In this document: positions 48,077 through 57,703 of the stretch, piece after piece | Position numbering within the stretch: the first letter of the stretch is position 1 | How the letters are laid out: each line of letters starts with the position of its first letter | Source of the DNA: Candidatus Deferrimicrobium sp. | GTDB lineage: Bacteria; Desulfobacterota; Deferrimicrobia; Deferrimicrobiales; Deferrimicrobiaceae | Length of the DNA stretch: 64,000 nucleotides | Assembly: GCF_036396855.1 (NCBI RefSeq) | Contig: NZ_DASWKA010000067.1 | Location: forward strand, 357 to 64,356 | Direction: 5' to 3' | Made by a program: the position numbers and the translations under genes | The notes under the pieces: generated by a model | Database searches by the model: none | Told to the model about the DNA's origin: nothing | Seen by the model: only the letters and a program-made list of their open reading frames with translations

Positions 48077-49096
48077 ATGACCCAGAGCGGCAAGGCGGTG
48101 AAGCTGCCGGTGAAGAACGACCTCGGGTTCTTCGAGATCCGGATGGAGAGCATCGGCGGGTTGGGCGCGAACGTGGCCGGGAAGATCCTCATCGAGGCGG
48201 CGATCATCGGGATGGGGATGAACGGCGCCGGGTTCGCCTCGTACGGTTCGGAGAAGAAGGGGACGCCGATCAAGTCGTTCGTGCGGATCTGCGAGGGCGC
48301 CCAGCAGGTCCGGATCAACAGCCCGGTGGAGGAGCCGCACGTCCTGGCGATCTTCCACGAGGCGCTGGCGAAATCGGTCCCGGTGACCGCGGGCGCGGTT
48401 CCCGGCAAGACGGTCGTGATCCTGAACACCCGCAGGACGCCGTCGGAGGCCCGGGACTTCCTGAAGCTCGAGGGCGGGAAGGTCGGCGTGGTCGACGCGA
48501 TGGAGGTCGCCATGGCGACCGGCTCCCGCGTGAACATGGTGATGATGGGCGCCATCATGAAGGCGGCCGGTTTCTACGAGTGGAAGGCGGCCGAAGATGC
48601 GGTCCAGGCCCAGTTCGGGAAGAAGTACCCCACCCTGATGAAGGCGAACATGGATGCGCTGAAACGCGGGTTCGACGAGGTGAAGTTCGAGGAGTTCAAG
48701 AAGGACGGGAAATTCCCCCCGCAGCCGTTCCGACGCGAGGAGCCGAAACTCGGCTACGAGACGGCCCCGATCGGCGGGACGATCTACTCGGTCGGGAACA
48801 TGCGCTTCAAGGATCTCTCCACGAGCCGCACGGGAACGATCCCCCTCTTTATCCTCGACAAGTGCGTCCGGTGCGGCGAGTGCGACATCACCTGCCCCGA
48901 CTACTGCTTCGTGTGGGAGAAGGGGAAGGACCCGAAGACCGGAAAGGACGGGATGGTCCTGCTCGGGATCGACTACCAGTACTGCAAGGGGTGCCTGCGG
49001 TGCACCCACATCTGCAAGTTCGGCGCCCTGATTCCCGCCAAGGAAGCCGAGCAGGACATGGACAAGATCACCGTCAAGCACAAGTTCCTGAAATAA
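48077..49096 (+). CDS. 2-oxoacid:ferredoxin oxidoreductase, fused gamma and delta (2x[4Fe-4S]) subunit
   Basis: N-terminal gamma-type domain (GGLGANVAGKIL..YGSEKKGTP). The C-terminus carries CVRCGECDITCP and CKGCLRCTHICK ferredoxin motifs. Confidence 0.85.
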   Translation: MTQSGKAVKLPVKNDLGFFEIRMESIGGLGANVAGKILIEAAIIGMGMNGAGFASYGSEKKGTPIKSFVRICEGAQQVRINSPVEEPHVLAIFHEALAKSVPVTAGAVPGKTVVILNTRRTPSEARDFLKLEGGKVGVVDAMEVAMATGSRVNMVMMGAIMKAAGFYEWKAAEDAVQAQFGKKYPTLMKANMDALKRGFDEVKFEEFKKDGKFPPQPFRREEPKLGYETAPIGGTIYSVGNMRFKDLSTSRTGTIPLFILDKCVRCGECDITCPDYCFVWEKGKDPKTGKDGMVLLGIDYQYCKGCLRCTHICKFGALIPAKEAEQDMDKITVKHKFLK

Positions 49097-49127
49097 CGAT
49101 TTTTTCGAAACCATAAGGAGAACGCGA

Positions 49128-51404
49128 ATGGCGCAGACGGCGAAGAAGCAGAGCGGACGCCCCGCACAGACGATGGTCGTCCAGAGCGGCAACGAGATCG
49201 CGGCGACGGCGGCGAAGCAGATCAACTACCACGTCATGGGGTACTACCCGATCACGCCCTCGACCGAGGTCGCCGAAACCCTCGACACGATGAAGGCGGA
49301 GGGGGAGCACACCATCCGGATGATCCCGGGCGACGGGGAACACGGCGCCGCGGGGATCTGCTTCGGCGCGAGCACGGCGGGGGGGCGCGTCTTCAACGCC
49401 ACCTCGGCGAACGGGCTGCTGTTCGCCTTCGAGCAGCTCCCGGTCCAGTCCGGGGAGCGGTTCCCGATGGTGTTCAACATCGTCACCCGCGCGGTGTCCG
49501 GCCCCCTCGACATCCGGGGCGACCACAGCGACATCATGCTGGCGATGAACACCGGCTGGATCGCCCTGATGGCCGCGGACGCCCAGGCGGTCTACGACAT
49601 GAACGTGATGGCCCCGAAGATCGGCGAGGAGATGTCGGTCCGCCTCCCGGTGTTCGTCGCCTACGACGGCTTCTTCACCTCCCACCAGAAGCGCCGCGTC
49701 GAGATCTTCGCCGACGACCAGGTGGTGCGCGACTTCCTGGGGCCGTTCGTCCCCACGGTGTCGTCCGTCGACCCGAGGACGCCGGTCACCATCGGGCCGT
49801 ACATGAACGACCCGGACCAGATCAACAACAAGAAGCAGCAGTCCGACGCGATCGTGCGCTCCTACGACGTGATCCGGAAGGTCTTCGCGGAATACGAGGA
49901 GCTTTCCGGCCGGCGGTACGACCTGGTCGAATGCTACCGGATGGAGGATGCCGAGGCGGCGCTCTTCATCCTCAACTCCGCCGCCGAGACGGCCAAGGAG
50001 GCGGTCGACGCGCTGCGGAAGGAGGGGCGGAAGGTCGGCCTGATCCGGCCCAACGTCATCCGGCCGTTCCCGATCGAGGAGGTGCGCGCGGCCCTGAAAA
50101 ACGTGAAGGGGCTGGTGGTCGCCGACCGCCAGGACAACTTCGGCGGGTGGGGCGGCGCGATGGCGATCGAGGTGAAGGCGGCGCTGCAGGGCGTGAAGGG
50201 AAACGCGACGCAGGTCGCCGCCCGCGTGTTCGGCACCGGGGGGAAGGAGTTCTTCGTCGAGGACGCGGCGGCGATGCTCCGCGAGGCGCTGGAGATCGCG
50301 AAGACCGGGACGGTGAAGGTCCCGTACGCCTACTTCGGCGTCAACCCGGGGGACCCGTCGTTCCACCCCGCCAAGGCGTTCGCCCCCATCACCGAGGCCG
50401 AGGCTTCGGGCCTCCTCCGCGTCGAGACGACGGCGGACGGGAAGATGGAGGTCAAGGGGAACATCCTTCGGAACCTCACGGAGCGGCCCAAGCGGATCAG
50501 CCCGGGCCACGGCGCCTGCCCCGGCTGCGGCATCTTCGTGAACATGAACACCTTCATGAAGGGGATCGAGGGCCATGCGGTGATCCTCTTCCACACCGGC
50601 TGCGGGATGGTGGTCACGACCGGCTACCCGTACACCGCGCACAAGATCACCTACATCCACAACCTGTTCCAGAACGGGGCGGCGACCCTCTCCGGCGTGG
50701 TGGAGATGTTCGAGGAGCGCAAGGTCCGCGGCGAGATCCCGAAGGACGAGAAGATCACCTTCATCATGGTCACCGGCGACGGCGGGCACGACATCGGCAT
50801 GGGGCCGTCCATCGGCGCCGCGATGCGGGGCCACCGGATGATCATCTGCGAATACGACAACCAGGGGTACCAGAACACGGGCTCGCAGCTCTCCTTCACC
50901 GTTCCTCTCGGGCAGTCCACATCGACCTCCAGCTACGGGCCGTACCAGCACGGCAAGAGCACGCACCACAAGGACACGGCCCAGATCTTCGCCGCGTGCC
51001 ACGTCCCGTACGTCTGCACGGTGGCCGAGAGCAACCCGCGCGACATGATCCGCAAGGCGGCCAAGGCCCAGAAGTACTCGGACGGGGGGCTGGCCTTCGT
51101 GAAGATGATCTCCATGTGCCCGCTGGCGTGGAAGACGGAGGAGCGGATGTCCGTTCCGATCATCCAGGCCTCGGTGGATTGCTGTTTCTTCCCGCTCTAC
51201 GAGGTCGAGCACGGCGTCACGACGATCAACTACGATCCGGAGGAGAAGGGGAAGAAGGTCCCCGTCACCGAGTGGCTGAAGCACATGGGGAAGACGAAGC
51301 ACATGCTGAAGCCCGACTGCAAGTCCGAGCTCGACCGGTTCCAGGCCGAGGTCGACCGGCGCTGGGTCCGCCTGAAGGAGATGCACAAGAACCCGCTGCT
51401 GTAA
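49128..51404 (+). CDS. 2-oxoacid:ferredoxin oxidoreductase, fused alpha and beta (TPP-binding) subunit
   Basis: Alpha-type N-terminus (GNEIAATAAKQINYHVMGYYPITPSTE, GASTAGGRVFNATSANGL). Beta-type C-terminus (GHGACPGCG, TGDGGHDIGMG, NQGYQNTG). Confidence 0.85.
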   Translation: MAQTAKKQSGRPAQTMVVQSGNEIAATAAKQINYHVMGYYPITPSTEVAETLDTMKAEGEHTIRMIPGDGEHGAAGICFGASTAGGRVFNATSANGLLFAFEQLPVQSGERFPMVFNIVTRAVSGPLDIRGDHSDIMLAMNTGWIALMAADAQAVYDMNVMAPKIGEEMSVRLPVFVAYDGFFTSHQKRRVEIFADDQVVRDFLGPFVPTVSSVDPRTPVTIGPYMNDPDQINNKKQQSDAIVRSYDVIRKVFAEYEELSGRRYDLVECYRMEDAEAALFILNSAAETAKEAVDALRKEGRKVGLIRPNVIRPFPIEEVRAALKNVKGLVVADRQDNFGGWGGAMAIEVKAALQGVKGNATQVAARVFGTGGKEFFVEDAAAMLREALEIAKTGTVKVPYAYFGVNPGDPSFHPAKAFAPITEAEASGLLRVETTADGKMEVKGNILRNLTERPKRISPGHGACPGCGIFVNMNTFMKGIEGHAVILFHTGCGMVVTTGYPYTAHKITYIHNLFQNGAATLSGVVEMFEERKVRGEIPKDEKITFIMVTGDGGHDIGMGPSIGAAMRGHRMIICEYDNQGYQNTGSQLSFTVPLGQSTSTSSYGPYQHGKSTHHKDTAQIFAACHVPYVCTVAESNPRDMIRKAAKAQKYSDGGLAFVKMISMCPLAWKTEERMSVPIIQASVDCCFFPLYEVEHGVTTINYDPEEKGKKVPVTEWLKHMGKTKHMLKPDCKSELDRFQAEVDRRWVRLKEMHKNPLL

Positions 51405-51448
51405 GGACGGGATCGGGTCTCCGAATTCACACGCGCAAGGGGGGAGCG

Positions 51449-52513
51449 ATGCGGGGGAGAAACGTTCTTCGGGTCACGGCGATGGCGTTGGCGATGCTGC
51501 TTCCCGCGGGGGCGGCGTTCGCCGCCGCGAAGACGATCCGGCTGTCCCACATCACGGCGAAGGATTCCCCGTGGGACAAGGGGGCGATCCGGTTCGCCGA
51601 ACTGGTGGCGAAGAACACGGACGGGCGGATCGAGGTGAAGGTCTTCCCGCAGAGCCAGCTGGCCAACGGCAACCAGAAGGCCGAGCTCGAGATGCTGCAG
51701 TCCGGCGTCATCGACATGACGTGGGACTCGCCGATCATCCTCGCCCTCTTCCTCGACAAGCGGTTCGACGTCTTCAACCTGCCGTGGCTCTATCCGTCGA
51801 TGGACGTGGCCAACAAGGTGGCCGACGGCCCGATGGGAGCCCTCGCCATGAAGTGGCTCGAGGAGAAGGGGATCACCGGCCTCGGGATCGGCGTCAACGG
51901 GTACCGGGAGCTCACGAACTCGAAGCGCCCGATCACCTCGCCCGACGACATGAAGGGGATCAAGTTCCGGGTCGCCGGCACCAAGCTGTACCTCGAGACG
52001 TTCAGGCTTCTCGGGGCGAACGCCGTCACGATGAACTTCGGCGAGGTCTTCACCTCCCTGCAGCAGGGGGTGATCGACGGCCAGGAGAACCCGACCGCGA
52101 TCATCGACTCGAGCAGGCTGTACGAGGTCCAGAAGTACCTGACCCTGTGGCACTACTCCTTCGACCCGCTCATCCTGTGCATCAACAAGAAGCTCTTCGA
52201 CTCCTTCTCACCGGCCGACCGAATGGCGATCCGCGCGGCGGCGAAGGACGCGGTGGCGTACGAGCGCGCGGTATCCGCGGAGGAGGAGAAGGCGCTCCCC
52301 GAGGTCCTGCGGAAGAAGGGGATGCAGGTGAACACGCTGACGCCCGCCCAGATCGCCCTCTTCCGGGACCGGGTGAAGCCCGTCTACGCGATGGTCGAGG
52401 GCGCCGTCGGGGCGGACAACATGAAGCTGATGCTCGCCGAGGTGGCGAAGGCCGGGAAGGCCGGGTCCGGCGCGAAGGGCGGCAGGAAAGCGGCGCCGAA
52501 GAAGAAGAAGTAG
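51449..52513 (+). CDS. dctP: TRAP transporter substrate-binding protein (DctP family)
   Basis: Signal peptide, then IRLSHITAKDSPWDKGA, FRVAGTKLYLETFRLLGANAVTMNFGEVFTSLQQGVIDGQENP. Unusual Lys/Gly/Ala-rich C-terminal tail. Confidence 0.9.
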   Translation: MRGRNVLRVTAMALAMLLPAGAAFAAAKTIRLSHITAKDSPWDKGAIRFAELVAKNTDGRIEVKVFPQSQLANGNQKAELEMLQSGVIDMTWDSPIILALFLDKRFDVFNLPWLYPSMDVANKVADGPMGALAMKWLEEKGITGLGIGVNGYRELTNSKRPITSPDDMKGIKFRVAGTKLYLETFRLLGANAVTMNFGEVFTSLQQGVIDGQENPTAIIDSSRLYEVQKYLTLWHYSFDPLILCINKKLFDSFSPADRMAIRAAAKDAVAYERAVSAEEEKALPEVLRKKGMQVNTLTPAQIALFRDRVKPVYAMVEGAVGADNMKLMLAEVAKAGKAGSGAKGGRKAAPKKKK

Positions 52514-52532
52514 CGTTCGGCCGCTTCCGGTT

Positions 52533-52994
52533 TTGATCCGAAAGATCTGGGACAACGTCGAGGAGGGGGCGATCTGCCTCCTCCTCTTCTTCATGGTGAC
52601 GATCACCTTCATCACGGTGGTCACGCGTTACGTCTTTAACTTCCCTCTCTCCTACATCGACCAACTGGTGCCCAACCTGTTCGTCTGGGTCACCTTTCTC
52701 GGGGCGTCGGCGGCGGTCAAGCGGCGGGCCCACCTGGGGCTTTCGCTGCTGTACGACCTGGTCCCCGCCGGAGGCCGCGCGGCGCTGGACGCGCTGATCC
52801 TCTTCGGGTGCGCCGCGTTCTTCCTCGGGGCCGCCGTGTACGGCGCGAAGATCGTTTCCCTGCAGATGGAAAACCGGTTGACGACGTCCCTCGGGTACCC
52901 GAGCTGGCTCGTCGGCCTCGCCGTCCCGGTCGGCTCGGTCCTGTTCGTCGTCCGCGCCGTCGAGGCGTGGGCGCGCCGCCGGCGGAGCGCCTGA
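52533..52994 (+). CDS. dctQ: TRAP transporter small permease (DctQ)
   Basis: 153 aa with four TM helices. Lies between dctP and dctM. TTG start. Confidence 0.8.
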   Translation: MIRKIWDNVEEGAICLLLFFMVTITFITVVTRYVFNFPLSYIDQLVPNLFVWVTFLGASAAVKRRAHLGLSLLYDLVPAGGRAALDALILFGCAAFFLGAAVYGAKIVSLQMENRLTTSLGYPSWLVGLAVPVGSVLFVVRAVEAWARRRRSA

Positions 52995-54283
52995 TGGATC
53001 CGCGCCTCCCCGTCCTCCTGTTCGGCTCCTTCGGGATCCTCCTGTTCCTCAGCTTCCCGATCGCGGCGGCGCTCGGGATCTCGAGCGTCCTCGTGATCTC
53101 CGTCTTCGACCTCGCGCCGCTGGAGCTCCTTCCCCAGCAGCTCCTGAGCGCGACCGACTCGTGGACGCTCCTCGCCGTGCCGTTCTTCATCCTCGCGGGG
53201 AACCTTCTCGCCAAGACGGCGATCTCGGAACGGCTGGTCCGGCTCGCCCGGGTGGTGGTCGGACAGTTTCCCGCCGGACTGGCGATGGTCGCGGTGATCG
53301 TCTCCATCTTCTTCGCCGGCATCTCCGGCTCCGGTCCGGCGGACACCGCGGCGCTGGGGGCGATCCTCATCCCGGGGATGGTGGCGGCCGGGTACGATCG
53401 TCGCTCCGCGGCGGCCCTGATGGCCGCGGGCGGCGGCATCGGCATCGTCATCCCGCCGTCGATCGCCCTCGTGATCTACGGCGTGGTGGCCAACGCCTCC
53501 ATTTCGAAACTGTTCATCGCCGGGATCCTGCCGGGGATCCTGGTCGGCCTCTCCCTGTTCGCCGTCTCGTACCTTCTCTTCGGGAAGGCACCGGGCATCC
53601 GGCCGGAGAAGCGCGGGTCCCTTCGGGAGATCGGCGCGGCGTTCAAGGACGCCGCGTGGGGCCTGCTCGCCCCCCTCATCATCCTCGGCGGAATCTACGG
53701 CGGCATCTTCACCGCCACGGAGGCGGCCACCGTCGCGGTCGTCTACGGCGTGATCGTCGGATTCTTCATCCACCGGGACCTGAAGCTCTCGGACCTGCCG
53801 GAGATCCTCGTCGACACCGGGGTCACGACGGGGGTGGTGATGCTCCTCGTGTGCACCGCCTCGCTCTTCGCCTGGGTGCTCAACACCTCGGGCGTCGCCG
53901 CCGCCGCCGCTTCGGGGCTGCTGCGCCTGGCCTCCGGGAAAGTGGTCGGGCTGCTGCTGATCAACGCGGTCCTGCTGGTCGCGGGATCCTTGATGGACGC
54001 CATCTCGATCTTCTACGTCCTCCTGCCGATCCTCCTGCCCGTGGTGAAGGCGCTCGGGATCGACCTCGTCCACTTCGGGATCGTGATGACGGTGAACCTG
54101 GCGATCGGGCAGATCACCCCGCCGGTCGGGGTCAACCTGTTCGTCGCCTGCGGGATCGCCCGCATTTCCATGAAGGAGATCTCGCGGGCCGTCCTCCCGA
54201 TGGTCGCCGCCCAGACCGCGGCGCTCCTCGTGATCAGTTTCTGGCCCGAACTCTCCCTCTTCCTCACCCGGTTCATGCGGTAA
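52994..54283 (+). CDS. dctM: TRAP transporter large permease (DctM)
   Basis: The ATG overlaps the dctQ stop by 1 nt. 429 aa, polytopic, with LAVPFFILAGNLL, FAGISGSGPADTAALG and GIGIVIPPSI. Confidence 0.9.
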   Translation: MDPRLPVLLFGSFGILLFLSFPIAAALGISSVLVISVFDLAPLELLPQQLLSATDSWTLLAVPFFILAGNLLAKTAISERLVRLARVVVGQFPAGLAMVAVIVSIFFAGISGSGPADTAALGAILIPGMVAAGYDRRSAAALMAAGGGIGIVIPPSIALVIYGVVANASISKLFIAGILPGILVGLSLFAVSYLLFGKAPGIRPEKRGSLREIGAAFKDAAWGLLAPLIILGGIYGGIFTATEAATVAVVYGVIVGFFIHRDLKLSDLPEILVDTGVTTGVVMLLVCTASLFAWVLNTSGVAAAAASGLLRLASGKVVGLLLINAVLLVAGSLMDAISIFYVLLPILLPVVKALGIDLVHFGIVMTVNLAIGQITPPVGVNLFVACGIARISMKEISRAVLPMVAAQTAALLVISFWPELSLFLTRFMR

Positions 54284-54324
54284 CGTTTCGGGAAGACGGC
54301 ACGGAAGGCGTGCAACGGGAGGGT

Positions 54325-54428
54325 CCGGCGGAGCCGCCGCAGGAGGGGGGCGAAGTGAGGTAAAGCGCAGCCGTGCAGGTTCACCGCACGGCGAGCCACG
54401 AACGGAGTCCCCCTCCGAGGCGGCGCAG
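54325..54428 (+). repeat. B-family structured repeat, copy 2
   Basis: Same core as 45175-45279 with a few substitutions. Lies 41 nt downstream of the dctM stop. Confidence 0.8.
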
Positions 54429-54531
54429 CCGATGGGGGGACTCCCTGAGGCGCTCCGCTCCCGTACGAAGTGCGCTCCCTGGGGTACCCCCACCGTAGGA
54501 ATAACGGAGGGCATGTGGTATCTTTTCGCCT

Positions 54532-55005
54532 ATGAGCCAGGGGAATTTCATCCTCCGGGAGCCGGAGTACGAGGCGCTCCTTTCGATCCTTCGGAAATTG
54601 CTGCTGGATGCCTCCGCGAAGGTCGTCTTTCTGGTCGACAAGAACGGGACCCTCCTCGCATCCGTCGGGGATGCCGTCGGATTCGACACGACGTCCCTGG
54701 CCTCGCTCGCCGCGGGGAACATCGCCGCCACCGGGGGGCTCGCCAACCTCATCGGTGAAAAGGAGTTCTCGATCCTCTTCCACGAGGGCGAGCGGGACAA
54801 CATGCATCTCTCCGTCGTGGCGGAGCGCCTCATCCTCGTGATCGTCTTCGACCGGCGCTCCTCGGTCGGTCTAGTCCGCCTGCGCGTCCGGCAGGCCACG
54901 GCGCGCCTCACCGCGGTCATGGAGGCGGCGCTGGCCGCCGGCGAAGCGGAGGCCGGGGGATTCGAGGAGTTGACCGAGGACGACATCGAGAGCCTGTTCA
55001 AATGA
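54532..55005 (+). CDS. mglB: Roadblock/LC7 protein MglB (GAP of MglA)
   Basis: 157 aa, colinear with Myxococcus MglB as I recall it ([52 protein letters not shown]...DDIESLF). Confidence 0.9.
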   Translation: MSQGNFILREPEYEALLSILRKLLLDASAKVVFLVDKNGTLLASVGDAVGFDTTSLASLAAGNIAATGGLANLIGEKEFSILFHEGERDNMHLSVVAERLILVIVFDRRSSVGLVRLRVRQATARLTAVMEAALAAGEAEAGGFEELTEDDIESLFK

Positions 55006-55036
55006 GATCGCACAAGTCGTTGCCGGACAGGTGCTG

Positions 55037-55630
55037 ATGTCCTTCATCAACTACTCCTCCCGCGAGATCAACTGCAAGATCGTCTATTACGGCCCCGGCC
55101 TGTGCGGGAAAACGACCAACCTGCAATGCATCTACCAGCGGATGAACGCCGAGGCGCGCGGGAAGATGATCTCCCTCGCCACCGAATCGGAGCGGACCCT
55201 CTTTTTCGACTTCCTCCCCCTGTCGCTGGGCGAGATCCGCGGCTTCAAGACGCGCTTCCACCTGTACACCGTTCCCGGCCAGGTCTTCTACGACGCCAGC
55301 CGCCGGCTCATCCTGCGCGGCGTCGACGGCGTCGTCTTCTGCGCCGACTCGCAGCTCACCCGCGTGGACGCGAACGAGGAGTCGATGGAGAACCTCCGGG
55401 TGAACCTCCGGGAGCAGGGGTACGACCCCGACAGGATCCCCATGGTGATCCAGTACAACAAGCGCGACCTGCCGAACGTCGCCTCGCTGGCCGAGCTCCA
55501 CGCGCTCCTCAACCGGCGCAACGTTCCCGAGTACGAGGCGACGGCCTCCACGGGGGCCGGGGTCTTCGAGACGCTCAAGACGGTCATCAAGCTGGTCCTG
55601 ATCGACCTGAAACGGGGTGGACGGCAATAG
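55037..55630 (+). CDS. mglA: Ras-like GTPase MglA
   Basis: [30 protein letters not shown]...[37 protein letters not shown] is almost residue-for-residue the Myxococcus MglA pattern. ATG 55037 is preferred over the track GTG 55031. Confidence 0.95.
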   Translation: MSFINYSSREINCKIVYYGPGLCGKTTNLQCIYQRMNAEARGKMISLATESERTLFFDFLPLSLGEIRGFKTRFHLYTVPGQVFYDASRRLILRGVDGVVFCADSQLTRVDANEESMENLRVNLREQGYDPDRIPMVIQYNKRDLPNVASLAELHALLNRRNVPEYEATASTGAGVFETLKTVIKLVLIDLKRGGRQ

Positions 55631-56559
55631 GATTCGAGCTCATCGTCAGCGTCGCCTCCCCCGGGGAGCTCGAGGGCACCGACCTCTCCCCCTACGATGC
55701 CGTGTGCCTCGGAACCCCGTACTGCCGGCGCGTCGAGGGGAATTACGCCGAAGCGCTCGACCTTCTCCCCGGCGTCGTCTCCCGCCTTCACGCGGCGGGG
55801 AAGCGCGCGTATGTGACCACTCCGGCCGTCCCGCGGGAGGCGGACCTCCCCCACGTCCTCCGGCTCGTCGAGGCCGCCGCGGCCGCCGGGGCGGACGCCC
55901 TCGAGATCCACAACCTGGGGGTCCTCCGGATCCTGCGCGAGAAAGGGGGGCCGGTTCCGGCCCACATGGGCGCCTACGCGAACGTCTATACCCACCTCGC
56001 GGCCGGGGTCATGCGCGACTCGGGGGCGGTCCGGGTGCGTCCCAACGCCGAAGTGTCCCTCGAGGAGATGGTGATCCTCGCGCGCGAGGCGGGAGTCGAG
56101 GTCGAGGTGCTCGTCCACGGGAAGATCCCCCTCGGGGTCACCGACAACTGCTTCCTGCTCACGGAGCCCGAGGAGTCCGACCCGAAGTGCCCGTCCGCCT
56201 GCGGGGAGGTCCATTGGCTCACCTCCCGCCAGTGGGTCCTGAAGACGGTCGGGAAGGGGGTCCTCTCGGGTCGGGACATGTGCCTGCTGGAGCACCTTCC
56301 ACGGCTTGCCGCGGACGGCTTCCGCGTCTTCCGGGTCGAGGGGCTCCACGAGACCGCGGCGTACCGGTCGGAGATCGGCGCCGTCTACCGGGAGGCGCTG
56401 GACCGGGCCTTCGCCGGCGGTTCGTTCGCGCTGGAGGATCGGTGGGCGGACGCAGCGAGGCGTCACGCGCCCCGGGGCCTGTGCAACGGGTACTGTTTCG
56501 GGACGGCCGGCCGAAAGTACGTCGGGACGGTTTTACAAGACGCCAACCCTGAGGTATAA
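55627..56559 (+). CDS. peptidase U32 family protein (UbiV/UbiU-like), start codon unresolved
   Basis: The frame is open through the mglA 3' end. The U32 N-terminal pattern [15 protein letters not shown]...YDAVCLG begins right after the mglA stop. A Cys cluster ([20 protein letters not shown]) is present. No in-frame ATG/GTG/TTG exists before it. ATA 55627 has a ggggtgg SD-like box 6 nt upstream. Confidence 0.7.
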   Translation: MGFELIVSVASPGELEGTDLSPYDAVCLGTPYCRRVEGNYAEALDLLPGVVSRLHAAGKRAYVTTPAVPREADLPHVLRLVEAAAAAGADALEIHNLGVLRILREKGGPVPAHMGAYANVYTHLAAGVMRDSGAVRVRPNAEVSLEEMVILAREAGVEVEVLVHGKIPLGVTDNCFLLTEPEESDPKCPSACGEVHWLTSRQWVLKTVGKGVLSGRDMCLLEHLPRLAADGFRVFRVEGLHETAAYRSEIGAVYREALDRAFAGGSFALEDRWADAARRHAPRGLCNGYCFGTAGRKYVGTVLQDANPEV

Positions 56560-56613
56560 TTCGCCTTTGCGTTTTCCCGGCGAACGGGATCGTCGCACGG
56601 AGGGGTGACGTCG

Positions 56614-57567
56614 ATGGCCGAGTTGCTTGCTTCCGGCGGGTCCACGGAGATGGTGCGTGCCGCGTTCGACAACGGGGCGGACGCCGTCTATGTAGGCGCA
56701 ACGGGGTGGAGCCGCCGCCGGGCGGAATACGAGATGGACGACGCCGCGATCGTCGAGGCGGCGAGGTACGCCCATTCCGCCGGCAGGATCCTCAGGGTGG
56801 CGTTCAACACCCTCCCGGCGTCCTCCGAGGTGCCGCTCTTCCTCGCCCGGGCCGACGCGCTGTACACCGCCGGCGTGCGCGACTTCATCCTCACCGATCC
56901 CGGGCTGATGATGGCCCTGAAAAACCGCCATCCCGACACGATCCTCCACGCGAGCGTGGGGTGCACCATCATCAACGTTCAGGACGCTCTCTTCTACAAG
57001 GAGGCGGGCGCCTCCCAGGTGGTCGCCGAGTGCCACATGGGGATGGCGACGATGCGCAGCATCAAGGCCGATGCGGGGGTCGGGCTCGAGGTCCTCGTCC
57101 ACGCCACCACCTGCTACACGCTCCTTGGCCGCTGCACGATGAGCAGCTACACGAAATACGGGCACCGGGTGGACGCATCGGGGAAGGACCATTTCCCCGG
57201 CAGCCCGAACCGCGGCGGGCTCTGCTACCGGATCTGTCTCTCCGACTGGGACCGGGTGGGCGCGGCCGGGGAGCTCGAAGCGTCCGGCGTGGAGATGCCG
57301 AACCGGGCCTACTTCCTCGCCGACGACATCCCCGACCTGATCGATCTCGGGGTCGACACGATCAAGATCCAGGGGCGGGAGTACTCGGTGCCGCTGGTGG
57401 GCCGGATGGTCCGGTTCTACCGGGATCTGATCGACGCCTGCGTGCGCGACCGCGGCGGGTTCCGGATGGATCCTTGGCGGGAGCGGATGGCCCGCATCGT
57501 CGCCGACCGCGACGGCGAGCGCCGGGAGAAGACCGCGGGGCTCATCTCCGAATCCCTCGACCGGTAA
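56614..57567 (+). CDS. peptidase U32 family protein (UbiU/UbiV-like)
   Basis: RBS ggagggg. MAELLASGGSTEMVRAAFDNGADAVYVG matches the U32 consensus N-terminus. Conserved Cys residues (TTCYTLLGRCTM..GGLCYRIC). Also IKIQGRE. Confidence 0.85.
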   Translation: MAELLASGGSTEMVRAAFDNGADAVYVGATGWSRRRAEYEMDDAAIVEAARYAHSAGRILRVAFNTLPASSEVPLFLARADALYTAGVRDFILTDPGLMMALKNRHPDTILHASVGCTIINVQDALFYKEAGASQVVAECHMGMATMRSIKADAGVGLEVLVHATTCYTLLGRCTMSSYTKYGHRVDASGKDHFPGSPNRGGLCYRICLSDWDRVGAAGELEASGVEMPNRAYFLADDIPDLIDLGVDTIKIQGREYSVPLVGRMVRFYRDLIDACVRDRGGFRMDPWRERMARIVADRDGERREKTAGLISESLDR

Positions 57568-57590
57568 CCCTTCACAAATACGGTCTTCGG

Positions 57591-57697
57591 CTGCGTCGCC
57601 TCGGAGGGCGGGGCTCCGTTCGTGGCTCGCCGTGCGGTGAACCCGCACGGCTGCGCTTTACCTCACTGCGCCCCCCCTCCTCCGGCGACTCCGCCGG
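57591..57697 (-). repeat. B-family structured repeat, copy 3 (inverted)
   Basis: The reverse complement matches 45175-45279. It lies 6 nt downstream of the minus-strand RHH gene stop. Confidence 0.8.
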
Positions 57698-57703
57698 AGC
57701 TAT

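Noticed and set aside
54432-54758. 108-aa ORF upstream of and overlapping mglB. It contains an internal in-frame ATG at 54513 that is adjacent to a ggaggg box.
   Set aside because: It is out of frame with the strongly conserved mglB and has an Arg/Gly/Pro-rich product. The ggaggg box is only 1 nt from that internal ATG, too close to serve as an RBS.
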